DNA of 64,000 nucleotides from an uncultured Verrucomicrobiaceae bacterium (GCA_964631955.1 CAZWBA010000002.1:12508-76507), one strand, 5' to 3'; counted from the stretch's first letter, positions 33,548 through 43,815 are shown. The notes: generated by a model not told the origin, from the letters alone. Program-made: numbers and translations.

Positions 33548-34099
33548 ATGTCCACCGTTTACGATTTCAACGTGAAAACCATCGACGGCAAATCCACCAC
33601 GCTCGCCGATTACCGCGGCAAGCTCGCACTCATCGTCAACGTCGCCAGCAAATGCGGTCTGACGCCGCAATACGAAGGCCTCGAAAAACTTTACGAGAAA
33701 TACAAAGACAAAGGCCTGGTGATCCTCGGCTTTCCGTGCAATCAGTTTCACGAACAGGAACCGGGCAGCGAAGCCGAGATTCAGGAGTTCTGCACGCTGA
33801 ATTACGGTGTGAAATTTCCGCTGTTCAGCAAGATCGACGTCAATGGCGCGAACACGCATCCGCTGTATCAGTTTCTGAAGGAACAACAGCCGGGCAGCTC
33901 TCCCAGCGCGGAACAGCTGGCGAACGATCGCCTGTACAAATTTCTGAATGAAATGCACCCCGATTATCTGCGCGATGGCGCCATTCCCTGGAATTTCACC
34001 AAATTCCTGATCGGTCGCGACGGCAAGGTGCTCAAGCGTTTTCAGCCGACCGTGCTGCCCGATGACATCGAAAAGGAAATTCAGCCGCTGCTGAATTAA
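33548..34099 (+). CDS. Glutathione peroxidase
   Basis: NVASKCGLTPQY active-site context with an AGGAGG Shine-Dalgarno sequence. Length is 183 aa. Confidence 0.9.
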   Translation: MSTVYDFNVKTIDGKSTTLADYRGKLALIVNVASKCGLTPQYEGLEKLYEKYKDKGLVILGFPCNQFHEQEPGSEAEIQEFCTLNYGVKFPLFSKIDVNGANTHPLYQFLKEQQPGSSPSAEQLANDRLYKFLNEMHPDYLRDGAIPWNFTKFLIGRDGKVLKRFQPTVLPDDIEKEIQPLLN

Positions 34100-34155
34100 T
34101 CGACATTTAATTTTTTACAGGGGCACGCGCTGCCCCTTTTTCATTTGAATCCATC

Positions 34156-35208
34156 GTGTCGGTAAATCCATCCGAAGAAATCAGCGATGCTGCAGCGGCT
34201 GCTCCCGCTTCATTCTGGAGACGTTATGTCGCTGTCGTCGCCACGCAACTCGAACGCATGCCGTGGCTGCTGCCGCTGCTGAGTTTCGGGCTGGGATGGC
34301 TGGGCTTTGCGCTGGCGAAACGCGGCGAAGAGCTCGCGCGGCTGATGGCGATTCTCGCGTTCATCGGCTGGCCCTGGCTGCTGATCGAACCCTTCATTCG
34401 AAAATATCTCGAAAAACTGACGCCGGGAAAACTAACGAAACTGGCGATCGATTTCATCACGCAGGCGCTGCAACAGGAATTATTGTTTTTCTCGCTGCCT
34501 TTCATTATCGGTGCAACGCAACTCGATAGCGGACAACTGGTATTTACCGGAACGGTCATCGGGGCCGCACTGATCAGTACCATCGATCCGATTTATCATC
34601 GCTTCGTGGGGCCGCGCCCGCTCGTCAAACTGGTCTTCCACGCGTATTGCAGCTGGCTTGCGGCGCTCGTGGTGTTGCCGATGGCCGTGCATTTGCCGCT
34701 CGAACGCGCGATGCCGGTCGCATTGATTTTTGTCATCACCTGGTTCGTACTGACATTGCCGCGCACGCTTTATGCGCTCTCATCGCTCAAACAGCGGCTG
34801 GTGTGGCTGTGTCTGTGCATCGCGGTGCCCGCCGCCATCTGGTTCGAGCGCGACAATATTCCCGCGGCGGGACTGGTCGCGCGCGACGCCTGCATTACGC
34901 AGAGCATTGCCGATCTCACACCGGGCCCCGCCGTCAAAGTGGTGAACAGCGCCGATTTATCGCAGGGTGTCATCGCCTTCGTGGCGATTCGCGCACCGAT
35001 GGGATTGGCGCAGGCGCTCGTGTTCGAATGGCATCACAACGGTTCGGTCGAAAAAATCAACGCGGAAATTCGCGGCGGCAGCGCCACCGGTTATCGCACG
35101 TGGTCGCGCAAACGAATATTTCCCGCCGACGCACGCGGACCCTGGATTGTCGATGTGCGCACACCGCAGGGGCAATTGCTGAAACGCATGCGCTTCAAAG
35201 TCGAGTAA
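34156..35208 (+). CDS. Membrane protein with a C-terminal soluble beta-rich domain (DUF5924/DUF2914-like)
   Basis: 350 aa with 5-6 TM segments followed by about 110 soluble residues. The family name is from memory and is tentative. It starts with GTG. Confidence 0.55.
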   Translation: MSVNPSEEISDAAAAAPASFWRRYVAVVATQLERMPWLLPLLSFGLGWLGFALAKRGEELARLMAILAFIGWPWLLIEPFIRKYLEKLTPGKLTKLAIDFITQALQQELLFFSLPFIIGATQLDSGQLVFTGTVIGAALISTIDPIYHRFVGPRPLVKLVFHAYCSWLAALVVLPMAVHLPLERAMPVALIFVITWFVLTLPRTLYALSSLKQRLVWLCLCIAVPAAIWFERDNIPAAGLVARDACITQSIADLTPGPAVKVVNSADLSQGVIAFVAIRAPMGLAQALVFEWHHNGSVEKINAEIRGGSATGYRTWSRKRIFPADARGPWIVDVRTPQGQLLKRMRFKVE

Positions 35209-35250
35209 GCACGCCGCGTAAGGCGTGCATCGCACCGAGATTCACGAGAG

Positions 35251-35294
35251 GGTCAGTACAATCATGGTCAGTCAATCGTGGTCAGTACAATCGT
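35251..35294 (+). repeat. Three-unit tandem repeat (15/14/15 bp)
   Basis: GGTCAGTACAATCAT / GGTCAGTCAATCGT / GGTCAGTACAATCGT, about 70 nt upstream of the DUF2062 gene. Confidence 0.6.
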
Positions 35295-35365
35295 CATTGC
35301 GGCATAATGGCCGCCCACTCGAATACCCTGATTCATGAACTGAAGCAGATCCTTCCCAAGACGGT

Positions 35366-35890
35366 ATGGCGCGAAAATTTCTCAAGCGAATTACCCCCAA
35401 CGCGGATTTTGTAAAAAATCATCCGTCGCTGCAGCGCTTTGCGCACTGGCTGCACGATCCCAATCTGTGGCATCTCAATCGTTACTCGGCATCGATGGCG
35501 ATGTTCATCGGTTTGTTTTCCGCGCTGATTCCACTGCCGTCGCAGATGCCGATCGCGGCGCTGTGGGCCATCTGGTGGCGCGCGAATTTACCGATCAGCG
35601 TGGCGTTGGTCTGGCTGACGAATCCGATTACTTCGCCGCCGATTTATTACGCCAGTTACAAACTCGGAAATATCATTCTCGGCCGGCCGCCACACGAATT
35701 GCATTTCACACCATCGCTCGACTGGTTCATCGATCAGATCGGCTACATCTGGCAGCCGTGGCTGCTCGGCGCATTCTGTATCGCGCTGCTGAGCGGCACA
35801 CTCGGTGCGCTCGGCATGCGTCTGCTGTGGCGTCTGCAGGTGATGTTGCGCTGGAAGGCACGGCAAAAGGCGCGCGCGCGCCGGCATTGA
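35366..35890 (+). CDS. DUF2062 domain membrane protein
   Basis: MARKFLKRITPNADFVKNHPSLQRF...LHDPNLWHLNRYS is typical of DUF2062. Confidence 0.75.
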   Translation: MARKFLKRITPNADFVKNHPSLQRFAHWLHDPNLWHLNRYSASMAMFIGLFSALIPLPSQMPIAALWAIWWRANLPISVALVWLTNPITSPPIYYASYKLGNIILGRPPHELHFTPSLDWFIDQIGYIWQPWLLGAFCIALLSGTLGALGMRLLWRLQVMLRWKARQKARARRH

Positions 35891-35891
35891 T

Positions 35892-37502
35892 TTATTCCGA
35901 CAGTGGCGCGTGCTGCGGCGGTTGCGAGAGCCGCATCGGCTTGAGTAAAAACACGCTGCCGGCAACGCACAAAATAAATACACCAATGGCGAAATAATTA
36001 TCGATGTAGGAAATCATCAGCGCCTGCCGATTGATTTCCGCATCGATCATTTGTATGACCATCGTGCCGCTGTCGCCCGCGCGCTCGGCGGCCGCGATGG
36101 GATCGATGGACGGAATGCTGAACGAGGTGATGTTCGCCGCCATATCGGCATGACTGACCTGCGTATTGCGCGCGAGCATCGCCACCACGATCGAAATGCC
36201 GAAACTGCTGCCGATGTTGCGGATAAGGTTGATGATGCTCGCGCCATCGGGGCGATATTGCGGCGCCAGTGTCGAGAACGAAATCAGATTCATCGGCATG
36301 AAAATGCAGCCGAGCCCGAGTCCCTGAATGAAGCCGGTATAAATGATCGGCCACCTGCCCATATCGAGCGACCAGCGCGACATCATCAGCATCGCCACGC
36401 CTGCGACGAAATAACCGGTGGCCACCAGATAGCGGACGTCGATGTGACGGATGATGCGGGTGCCGATCGTCATCGTGATCAGAATTCCGCACGCGCGCGG
36501 TATCAGCAGCAGACCGGTATCGAAGGCGGTGTAGCCGTAAACCGTCTGATACATGGTCGGCAATATCGAGGCGATGGCGACGTTGGCGACGCCGAGCACG
36601 AACATCGAGCCCAGCGCGCCGCTGAAGTTGCGATCCTTGAACAGCGCGCCGGGAAACAGCGGCTTATCGGTCATTTTCGTATGTACGACGAAAATCCACA
36701 GCGCGGAGAGCGTGACGATGAGTTCGATGACGATTTCCGGCGAATCGAACCAGTCCTTGTGCTCACCGCGATCGAGCATCAGCTGCAGCGCGCCGAGCGC
36801 GATCGCCAGCCACAGGAAGCCGGTGACGTCGAGCTTGCGTCGCACGATGGGACGCGAGGGCAGCAGCCAGAGCAGAATCGCCAGCGCGGGAATGCCGATC
36901 GGTAAATTGATGTAGAAAACCCAGCGCCAGCTGAGCGCGTCGGTGAGCAGACCGCCGAGCATCGGCCCCATGACCGGCGCGATCATGACGACCAGCCCCC
37001 ACGCCGACAGCGCGGAGGATTGTTTGCTCGGCGGGTTGATATCGAGCAGGATCGTCTGCGCGATCGGCCCGATGAAGGCGGCGCAGATCCCCTGCAGCGC
37101 GCGGAATACGACCATTTCGGGCAGCGATGTCGCCATGCCGCACAGCATCGAGGCGATCAGAAAGCCGACGACCGAGACGATGTAAACGCTGCGGGAACCG
37201 ACGATATCGGTGACCCAGCCGACGATCGGCGTTACCAGAACGCCGGCGATGATATAACTCGTCAAAATCCAGCTGACGGTGTCGAAAGTGGCATCGAGGC
37301 TCGACTGCATGTGCGGCAGCGCGACATTCGCAATCGTCACGTCGAGCAGCTGCATGATGGTGACGAGCATCACCGCCACCATCAAAAGCCGCGGATGTTT
37401 TGCCTCCAGCGCCGGTTTGTCTTCCGCCGCGGAAAATCCGGCGCCGGCCGGTTCCGCGCTAGCGGTGGGTGTCGACGCGGACATGAACCGAGAACCCTGC
37501 AA
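35892..37502 (-). CDS. emrB: DHA2-family MFS multidrug efflux permease (EmrB/QacA type, 14 TM)
   Basis: 536 aa with typical EmrB motifs (MQLLDVTIANVALPHM). It lies downstream of the HlyD-type gene. The start is uncertain because it overlaps emrA by up to 44 nt. Confidence 0.85.
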   Translation of the reverse strand: MQGSRFMSASTPTASAEPAGAGFSAAEDKPALEAKHPRLLMVAVMLVTIMQLLDVTIANVALPHMQSSLDATFDTVSWILTSYIIAGVLVTPIVGWVTDIVGSRSVYIVSVVGFLIASMLCGMATSLPEMVVFRALQGICAAFIGPIAQTILLDINPPSKQSSALSAWGLVVMIAPVMGPMLGGLLTDALSWRWVFYINLPIGIPALAILLWLLPSRPIVRRKLDVTGFLWLAIALGALQLMLDRGEHKDWFDSPEIVIELIVTLSALWIFVVHTKMTDKPLFPGALFKDRNFSGALGSMFVLGVANVAIASILPTMYQTVYGYTAFDTGLLLIPRACGILITMTIGTRIIRHIDVRYLVATGYFVAGVAMLMMSRWSLDMGRWPIIYTGFIQGLGLGCIFMPMNLISFSTLAPQYRPDGASIINLIRNIGSSFGISIVVAMLARNTQVSHADMAANITSFSIPSIDPIAAAERAGDSGTMVIQMIDAEINRQALMISYIDNYFAIGVFILCVAGSVFLLKPMRLSQPPQHAPLSE

Positions 37503-38475
37503 TCAGCGGAAAATCGGGTTTCTCGTCGATGGCGATGCGCACCGGCACCCGCTGCGTCACCTTCACCCAGTTACCCGTCGCGTTCTGCGCGGGCAGAATC
37601 GAAAACTCCGAGCCCGTGCCCGCGCCGATGCTTTCGATATGGCCTTTCAGTTTGACGTCGTGCGCGTCGACCTTGATATCGACAGACTGACCGACGTGCA
37701 TTTCGTCGAGATCGGTCTCTTTGAAATTCGCCTCGACCCAGCTCACATCGTCCTTGACGATGGTGACCGCCGCCAGGCCCTGCACCATCAGCTGCCCGAC
37801 CAGCAGACGTTTCGACTGACTGACGATGCCGGCGGTGGGCGCGCGCACTTCGGTGCGCGAGAGATTCAGCAGGGCCTTGTCGCGCTGGACGCGGGCCGAC
37901 AATATCGCCGGGTTTTCCTGCGCGCGTGAGCGCCCCGTCGACAGTGCCGCTCTGGCTTTCGCCGCATCGGCGCGCGCTGTCGCCAGCGTCGAACGCGCTT
38001 CAGCGAGCGCGTGCCGGGCCACGTCCAGCGCCACTTTCGTGGTGACACCCTTCTTCATCAGTTCCTGCTGGCGCCGGTATTCGTTCTCGAAAAACGCCAC
38101 ATCGGTCCTGGCCTTTTCGATATCGACATCGGACGTCGCGTAATTGGTTTCGAGCGTATCGAGGCGCGCCTCGGCGCTGGCGATGCTGGCTTCCGCTTCC
38201 GCCACCGCGAGCTGATAGGGTTCGGGATCGATGCGAAACAGCAGATCGCCCGCTTTCACGCGCTGGTTTTCGCGCACGGCGACCTCGACCACGCGCCCGC
38301 CAACTTCCGCGCTCACCGACACCTTGTCCTGATGGATATAGGCGTTATCGGTCGACGCGTAATGCGCGTTGAGAAAGTAATAAACGAGACTCGCAGCGAT
38401 CAGCAGCGCCGGACCTGCCAGCATGATGGTTAAACGTCGCATGGATCGGGACAACGTATTTCTCCGGATGGGCAA
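37459..38475 (-). CDS. emrA: HlyD-family membrane fusion protein (EmrA type)
   Basis: 338 aa with an N-terminal TM segment, a coiled coil, and a beta-barrel C-terminus. It is in an operon with the MFS and MarR genes. Confidence 0.85.
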   Translation of the reverse strand: MPIRRNTLSRSMRRLTIMLAGPALLIAASLVYYFLNAHYASTDNAYIHQDKVSVSAEVGGRVVEVAVRENQRVKAGDLLFRIDPEPYQLAVAEAEASIASAEARLDTLETNYATSDVDIEKARTDVAFFENEYRRQQELMKKGVTTKVALDVARHALAEARSTLATARADAAKARAALSTGRSRAQENPAILSARVQRDKALLNLSRTEVRAPTAGIVSQSKRLLVGQLMVQGLAAVTIVKDDVSWVEANFKETDLDEMHVGQSVDIKVDAHDVKLKGHIESIGAGTGSEFSILPAQNATGNWVKVTQRVPVRIAIDEKPDFPLIAGFSVHVRVDTHR

Positions 38476-38506
38476 TCAAAGCAGGCCGCAGGCGCGGCGA
38501 CTGCGG

Positions 38507-38941
38507 CTAGGTCGGTGTATGGGGTCGGCGCGCCAGGTTCTGGCGAATGCGGTCGAGTAAACGGCGCAGCTCATCCCGCTCCTCCGGGGTGACGCCGGCG
38601 AGCGCCAGCGCCATCACTTCGTGTCCCAGCGGCTGCAGATCCTCCAGCAACCGGCGCGCCTTATCGGTGAGAAACAGGCGCCAGACGCGGCGGTCGGCCG
38701 GATCCTGGCGGCGCTCGATCAGCTCCGCCTCCTGCATGCGGTCGACCATGCGGCACAGGGTGATCGGCTCGGTGTCGAGCAATTCCGCGAGATTGCCCTG
38801 ATGGGTGCCCTCGTTGCGCCGCAGCATGGTGAGCACCTGCCATTGCGGCCGCGTCACGCCGATGCCGCGGGCGCGCTCGTCGAAGGCACGCCGTATGAGC
38901 CGGGAGGTGTCTGCAAGCATTGAACCGATATTGTCTTCCAT
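38507..38941 (-). CDS. MarR-family transcriptional regulator (EmrR-like)
   Basis: Winged-HTH MarR pattern (TRPQWQVLTMLRRNEGTHQGNLAELLDTEPITLCRMVDRMQEAELIERRQDPADRR). Confidence 0.85.
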   Translation of the reverse strand: MEDNIGSMLADTSRLIRRAFDERARGIGVTRPQWQVLTMLRRNEGTHQGNLAELLDTEPITLCRMVDRMQEAELIERRQDPADRRVWRLFLTDKARRLLEDLQPLGHEVMALALAGVTPEERDELRRLLDRIRQNLARRPHTPT

Positions 38942-39077
38942 GCCAGCAAATTAGTTGTCGTGCTTATCATTGTCAATGTAAGTAAATATCCGTAGGTGTT
39001 TCCCGGCACTGCCATATCGGTACTAATGGCTATACTTGCGCTCGATGTAATTGGAATAACGTTGACCGATGGGCTCG

Positions 39078-39566
39078 ATGAAACAGAGCGTGTATGACTT
39101 CACCTGCACTTCGATAAACGGCGAAGCGATTGCGCTGGAGCGCTTCCGCGGCAAAACCGCCCTTATCGTCAATACCGCGAGTTACTGCGGGTTCACGCCG
39201 CAATTCAAAGGGCTTGAATACCTGTATCGCCGCTATCAGGAGCGCGGCTTCGTCGTGCTCGGCTTTCCCTGCAACCAGTTCGCGAATCAGGAGCCCTACG
39301 ACAGCGAGCGCATCAGCGATTTCTGCATTCGCAACTACGCCGTGAGTTTCCCCATGTTCGCGAAGATCAAGGTGAATGGAAGCAGCGCCCATCCGCTATT
39401 CGAGTTTCTGAAGACGCAGGCGCCGGGCCTGTTCGGCAGCCGGACGATCAAATGGAACTTCACCAAATTCCTGGTCGATGCCGAGGGACAGGTGACGGGC
39501 CGTTACGGCACGACGACATTTCCACGCCGCCTGGCCAAGCACATCGAACGATTGTTGACGAAGTGA
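39078..39566 (+). CDS. Glutathione peroxidase (second paralog)
   Basis: NTASYCGFTPQF active-site context. I prefer the ATG at 39078. Confidence 0.9.
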   Translation: MKQSVYDFTCTSINGEAIALERFRGKTALIVNTASYCGFTPQFKGLEYLYRRYQERGFVVLGFPCNQFANQEPYDSERISDFCIRNYAVSFPMFAKIKVNGSSAHPLFEFLKTQAPGLFGSRTIKWNFTKFLVDAEGQVTGRYGTTTFPRRLAKHIERLLTK

Positions 39567-39579
39567 TGTCCGCAAACTC

Positions 39580-40677
39580 ATGAAGCAATCAATCGCCCGC
39601 CTGCTCGATCCGCTGGTGCCCGCCGACATCAAGGAATTCGCGCAGACCGAAGAACTGGCCAAGGCGCAGGCGCTGGTTTTTCTCATCCTGGTGAATCTGT
39701 CGACGTCGATCCTCTCGCTGATCGGCAGCCTGAGCCCCGATTTGCCGCCGGCCTTCACCAGCACCCAGGCGCGGCTGGGATTCACGTTTTGCGTGCTCAG
39801 TTACGGCCTCGCGTTATGGATATTCCAGCGCACTGTGCTTTTCAGCCTGAGCGCCAATATTTACGCGGCGACGGTCTATCTCACCCTCATGACCGTGGTT
39901 TTCACGCTTCCGGAAACCGAATCGATATTCTTCCTCATGCCGCTCTTCGCGCTGCCGCTGCTGGTCGCGCCGATCGTCAATCTCGCCTCCAGCCTGCTGT
40001 GGACGACGCTGGTGACGGTGACGCCGGTTTCCGTCAATCATCTGGGGCTGATCGCCGTTTCGCCGACGTTTTCCAGCACGTGGATGCTCGCCTGTTCGGG
40101 CATCTTTCTGACCATTTTCATCGGCAATGAATATCGCGAAGGCATGTCGCGCCGGCTCAACACCGAGCGCACCAAATTCGAATTCGCCGCCGCGCACGAT
40201 GCGCTCACCGGCCTTGCCAACCGCGCCACCTTCGATCGGCGCCTGCGCGAAAGCATCGAGTTCTGCAAACTGCAGGGCACGCAGACGGTGCTCGCGTATA
40301 TCGATCTCGACAAGTTCAAACTGATCAACGACACCTACGGACATCGGGCCGGCGACATCGTGCTGAGCACCATCGCCGATCGTCTGCGCCGCCACCTGCG
40401 CGGGCTCGATACCGTGGCGCGACTCGGCGGCGATGAATTCGCCATCCTCTTCGGTCAATGCAGCGCGGAGGATGCAGAACCGCTCATCGCGCGCATCACT
40501 GCCGCCATCGACGAGCCGATCAGAGTCTTCGATAACGAACTGCAGGTGACCTGCAGCATCGGCGTGGTGGTCTGCCCCGATGACGGCGTTCATCCCGAGC
40601 AGCTCGCGCACAAGGCGGACGAGCGCATGTACGCGGTAAAACGCAAAATCAGAATGCCCGACGATTCGCCAACATGA
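39580..40677 (+). CDS. Membrane-anchored diguanylate cyclase (GGDEF)
   Basis: N-terminal multi-TM region followed by a GGDEF domain (RLGGDEFAILF). Confidence 0.85.
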   Translation: MKQSIARLLDPLVPADIKEFAQTEELAKAQALVFLILVNLSTSILSLIGSLSPDLPPAFTSTQARLGFTFCVLSYGLALWIFQRTVLFSLSANIYAATVYLTLMTVVFTLPETESIFFLMPLFALPLLVAPIVNLASSLLWTTLVTVTPVSVNHLGLIAVSPTFSSTWMLACSGIFLTIFIGNEYREGMSRRLNTERTKFEFAAAHDALTGLANRATFDRRLRESIEFCKLQGTQTVLAYIDLDKFKLINDTYGHRAGDIVLSTIADRLRRHLRGLDTVARLGGDEFAILFGQCSAEDAEPLIARITAAIDEPIRVFDNELQVTCSIGVVVCPDDGVHPEQLAHKADERMYAVKRKIRMPDDSPT

Positions 40678-41588
40678 GTCTGCCCGCCATTGCCAGCTGC
40701 TTCGTGCTGCCGCCGGGCGACTGGAAAACCGTGTTCGATTGCCTGTGCGCAAATTTTCCCGCGATCGCCGCCGAACGCTGGCGCGACCGCTTTCTGCGCG
40801 GCCGCATTCTCGACGGCGACAGACAGCCGCTGGCGCTGGCGCAGGAATATCGCGCCGGCCTGCGCATTTATTATTTTCGCGAAGTGCCCGCTGAAAAATC
40901 GATTCCGTTTTTTGAATCGATCGTGCATGCCGATGCGGATCTGATCGTGGTCGACAAGCCGCATTTCCTGCCGGTCGCACCGGTCGGCGAATATGTCGAG
41001 CAAACGCTGCTGGCGCGCCTGATAAAACAGTTCGGCAGCGACGAAATCGCACCGCTGCATCGCATCGATCGCCACACCGCCGGCCTCGTTTTATTTTCGG
41101 TCCGGCGCAGCTCGCGCGCCGCTTATCAAAGCCTATTTCGCGATCGCGCCATCGAAAAAACCTACGAAGCCATCGCACCCGCGCTGCCGCACCTGCAATT
41201 TCCGATGACGCGGCGATCGCGCATCGTGCGCGGCGAACCGTTTTTTCGCTCCTGCGAAATCGAGGGCGAGGCCAACACGGAAACGCGCATCGACATCATC
41301 GATCGCAGCGGCGATGACTGGCACTACCGCCTGCATCCCGTCACCGGAAAAAAACATCAGCTACGTGTGCACATGGCCGCGCTCGGTGCACCGATTCGCA
41401 ACGATGCGTTTTATCCCGTCGTGAACGACGCAGGGTTCGACGATCATTCGCGGCCACTGCAACTGCTCGCGCGCGAATTGCGCTTTATCGATCCGCTCAC
41501 CGGCAGACCGCGCATTTTCACCAGCGCGCTTCATCTGAATGGCGCAGATTCAGCCGGTGCAGATTCGGCCGACAAGACAGCCCGTTAG
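40674..41588 (+). CDS. RluA-family pseudouridine synthase
   Basis: HRIDRHTAGLVLF catalytic motif. Its start overlaps the upstream stop by 4 nt (ATGA). Confidence 0.85.
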   Translation: MSLPAIASCFVLPPGDWKTVFDCLCANFPAIAAERWRDRFLRGRILDGDRQPLALAQEYRAGLRIYYFREVPAEKSIPFFESIVHADADLIVVDKPHFLPVAPVGEYVEQTLLARLIKQFGSDEIAPLHRIDRHTAGLVLFSVRRSSRAAYQSLFRDRAIEKTYEAIAPALPHLQFPMTRRSRIVRGEPFFRSCEIEGEANTETRIDIIDRSGDDWHYRLHPVTGKKHQLRVHMAALGAPIRNDAFYPVVNDAGFDDHSRPLQLLARELRFIDPLTGRPRIFTSALHLNGADSAGADSADKTAR

Positions 41589-41751
41589 ACTGATCGCATA
41601 CGGTTAGGCTGAAATCGTATATAGAAGCTACACTTGTGCGCACACCATTCAATGGGGATGCGCGAAGAATTTTTCGCTGTGACACCGACACCGATGCCCG
41701 CGCATCGAACATGAATGTGCAATCCCCTATTGCGGACATGATGTACCCACG

Positions 41752-43815
41752 ATGAGAAACTTCACTCTGCTGCATCGGGATTTGTCGCTGCACTGGCGCA
41801 TCGGTCTGGCGATCGCCATTTTCGCCGCCGCACTGTTACTGCGTTTTCTGATATTGCCGGTGAATGCCGGTTTCCGCTTCATCACTTTCTATCCCGCGAC
41901 GGTTGCCGCGCTGTATTTCTGCGGCATCGGCCCCGGATTGCTCACCGCCGCGCTCAGCCTCGTTTCCGCATATTGTTTTTTTCCGGGTGAGCAGGATTTT
42001 TCGTATATCAGCCGCGATCACTTCATGATCGGCATGTATGTATTCGGCACCGTAACAATGGCGATCGTCGTGCGCCAGCTGCAAAAACACACGAAGGTAC
42101 TGTGCGAAACGGTCGAGCAATTGCGCGATGGCGAAAATCTTTTCCGCTCGTTCATGGATAACAGCAACTTCATCGCCTTCATGAAAGATAGCGAAGGCCG
42201 TTATGTCTTTCTGAGCAGACAGTTCGAACGACATTTCGAATTGCCGCCGGGCGACTGGAATGGACGCACTGATTTCGATATTTTTCCGCGCGAAATCGCC
42301 CAGCAATTCGCCGACAACGATCGCGCGGTATTTGCCGCGGATCAACCCGTTTCCGTCGAGGAAGTCGCGGCGACACCGGGCGGCACCAAATCGTATTGGC
42401 TGAGCTGCAAATTCCCCTACCGCGACACCAAAGGCACGCGTTATATCGGCGGCATCGCCGTCGATATCACCGCGCGCAAAACCGCCGAAGGAAAAATCGA
42501 AAACCTCGCGTTCTACGATTCGCTCACGCATTTGCCCAATCGCCGTTTGTTGCTGGATCGCCTCGCGCACAGAATGCTCAACGCGCGCCGCCAGCAAGCG
42601 CTGTGCGCACTGCTCTTCATCGATCTCGATAATTTCAAAACCCTCAACGACACACGCGGTCACGGCCAGGGCGATGCACTGCTGCGACAAGTCGCGCAAC
42701 GTTTGTCGCAAGCGGTGCGCAAGGGCGATACGCTGGCGCGACTCGGCGGCGACGAATTCGTGCTGCTGCTCGAAAATCTCGCACCCGATCCGATGCAGGC
42801 GGCGAGTCAGGCCGAAGTCGTGGTCGACAAGATTCTCGCGGCACTGCGCCTGCCCTATGACATCGACGATCACCAGTACAACATCACGCCGAGCATCGGC
42901 ATCACGCTGCTCGGCGACAACGAGGAATCGGTGGAAGAGCCGCTGCGCCGCGCCGATCTTGCGATGTATCAGGCCAAATCTGCGGGCCGCAACACGTTTC
43001 GATTTTTCGATCCGCAATTGCAGACCGCAGTCATGGCGCGCTCGCTGCTCGAAGACGATTTGCGCGCGGCAATACACGACAGTCAATTGCATCTGCACTT
43101 TCAGGCACAGCTCGGGGCGGACAATACCCTGGTGGGCGCCGAAGTTTTATTGCGCTGGCGCCATCCACAGCGCGGCATGATTTCGCCGGCGGAATTCATT
43201 CCGGTCGCCGAAGAATCCGGTCTGATCCTGCCGCTGGGTCAGTGGGTGATCGACAATGCCTGTGCGCAGCTCGCATGCTGGAGCGCGCATCCTTCATTTG
43301 CGCAATTGAGCATCGCGGTGAATGTGAGTTCGCGGCAATTTCACCAGCACGATTTCGTCGAGCAGGTATTGAATGCCATCGAAACGACCGGCGCCAATCC
43401 GCAGCGTCTGAAACTCGAACTGACCGAAAGCCTGCTCGTCACCAATGTCGACGATGTCATTGCGAAGATGACCGCGTTGAAAGCGCGCGGGATCGGATTT
43501 TCGCTCGACGATTTCGGCACCGGTTATTCATCGCTCGCGTATCTGAAACGGCTGCCGCTCGATGAACTGAAAATCGATCAGAGTTTCGTGCGCGATACCT
43601 TGAGCGACGCCAACGATGCCGCGATTGTCACCACCATCATCAGCCTGGCCGAGCGTTTCGGTCTCGGCGTGATTGCCGAAGGTGTCGAAACCGAAGCGCA
43701 GCGTTCATTTCTCGCCGAACACGGCTGCAAAACCTATCAGGGCTATTTATTCAGCAAGCCGCTGCCGCTCGCCGAATTCGAACACTATGGCGAGACGTTG
43801 AGTGCATGTATCTAA
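41752..43815 (+). CDS. Membrane sensor PAS-GGDEF-EAL protein
   Basis: It has an N-terminal TM region, a PAS domain, a GGDEF domain (RLGGDEFVLLL), and an EAL domain (ELTES, DDFGTGYSSL). Confidence 0.9.
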   Translation: MRNFTLLHRDLSLHWRIGLAIAIFAAALLLRFLILPVNAGFRFITFYPATVAALYFCGIGPGLLTAALSLVSAYCFFPGEQDFSYISRDHFMIGMYVFGTVTMAIVVRQLQKHTKVLCETVEQLRDGENLFRSFMDNSNFIAFMKDSEGRYVFLSRQFERHFELPPGDWNGRTDFDIFPREIAQQFADNDRAVFAADQPVSVEEVAATPGGTKSYWLSCKFPYRDTKGTRYIGGIAVDITARKTAEGKIENLAFYDSLTHLPNRRLLLDRLAHRMLNARRQQALCALLFIDLDNFKTLNDTRGHGQGDALLRQVAQRLSQAVRKGDTLARLGGDEFVLLLENLAPDPMQAASQAEVVVDKILAALRLPYDIDDHQYNITPSIGITLLGDNEESVEEPLRRADLAMYQAKSAGRNTFRFFDPQLQTAVMARSLLEDDLRAAIHDSQLHLHFQAQLGADNTLVGAEVLLRWRHPQRGMISPAEFIPVAEESGLILPLGQWVIDNACAQLACWSAHPSFAQLSIAVNVSSRQFHQHDFVEQVLNAIETTGANPQRLKLELTESLLVTNVDDVIAKMTALKARGIGFSLDDFGTGYSSLAYLKRLPLDELKIDQSFVRDTLSDANDAAIVTTIISLAERFGLGVIAEGVETEAQRSFLAEHGCKTYQGYLFSKPLPLAEFEHYGETLSACI

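Noticed and set aside
37459-37502. 44-nt overlap between emrA and emrB as a possible programmed frameshift or fusion.
   Set aside because: It is more likely a start-codon assignment problem, since an in-frame ATG at 37484 and other starts exist. There is no slippery sequence.
39814-43098. Long antisense ORFs (454 aa at 39814-41178; 420 aa at 41836-43098) opposite the GGDEF, RluA and PAS-GGDEF-EAL genes.
   Set aside because: They overlap well-supported sense-strand genes, their products are rich in Arg, Ala and Gly, and they have no recognisable domains. I treat them as GC-content artefacts, along with the many similar 60-300 aa ORFs elsewhere in the track (for example 13513-14361, 49536-50453, 62412-63389).
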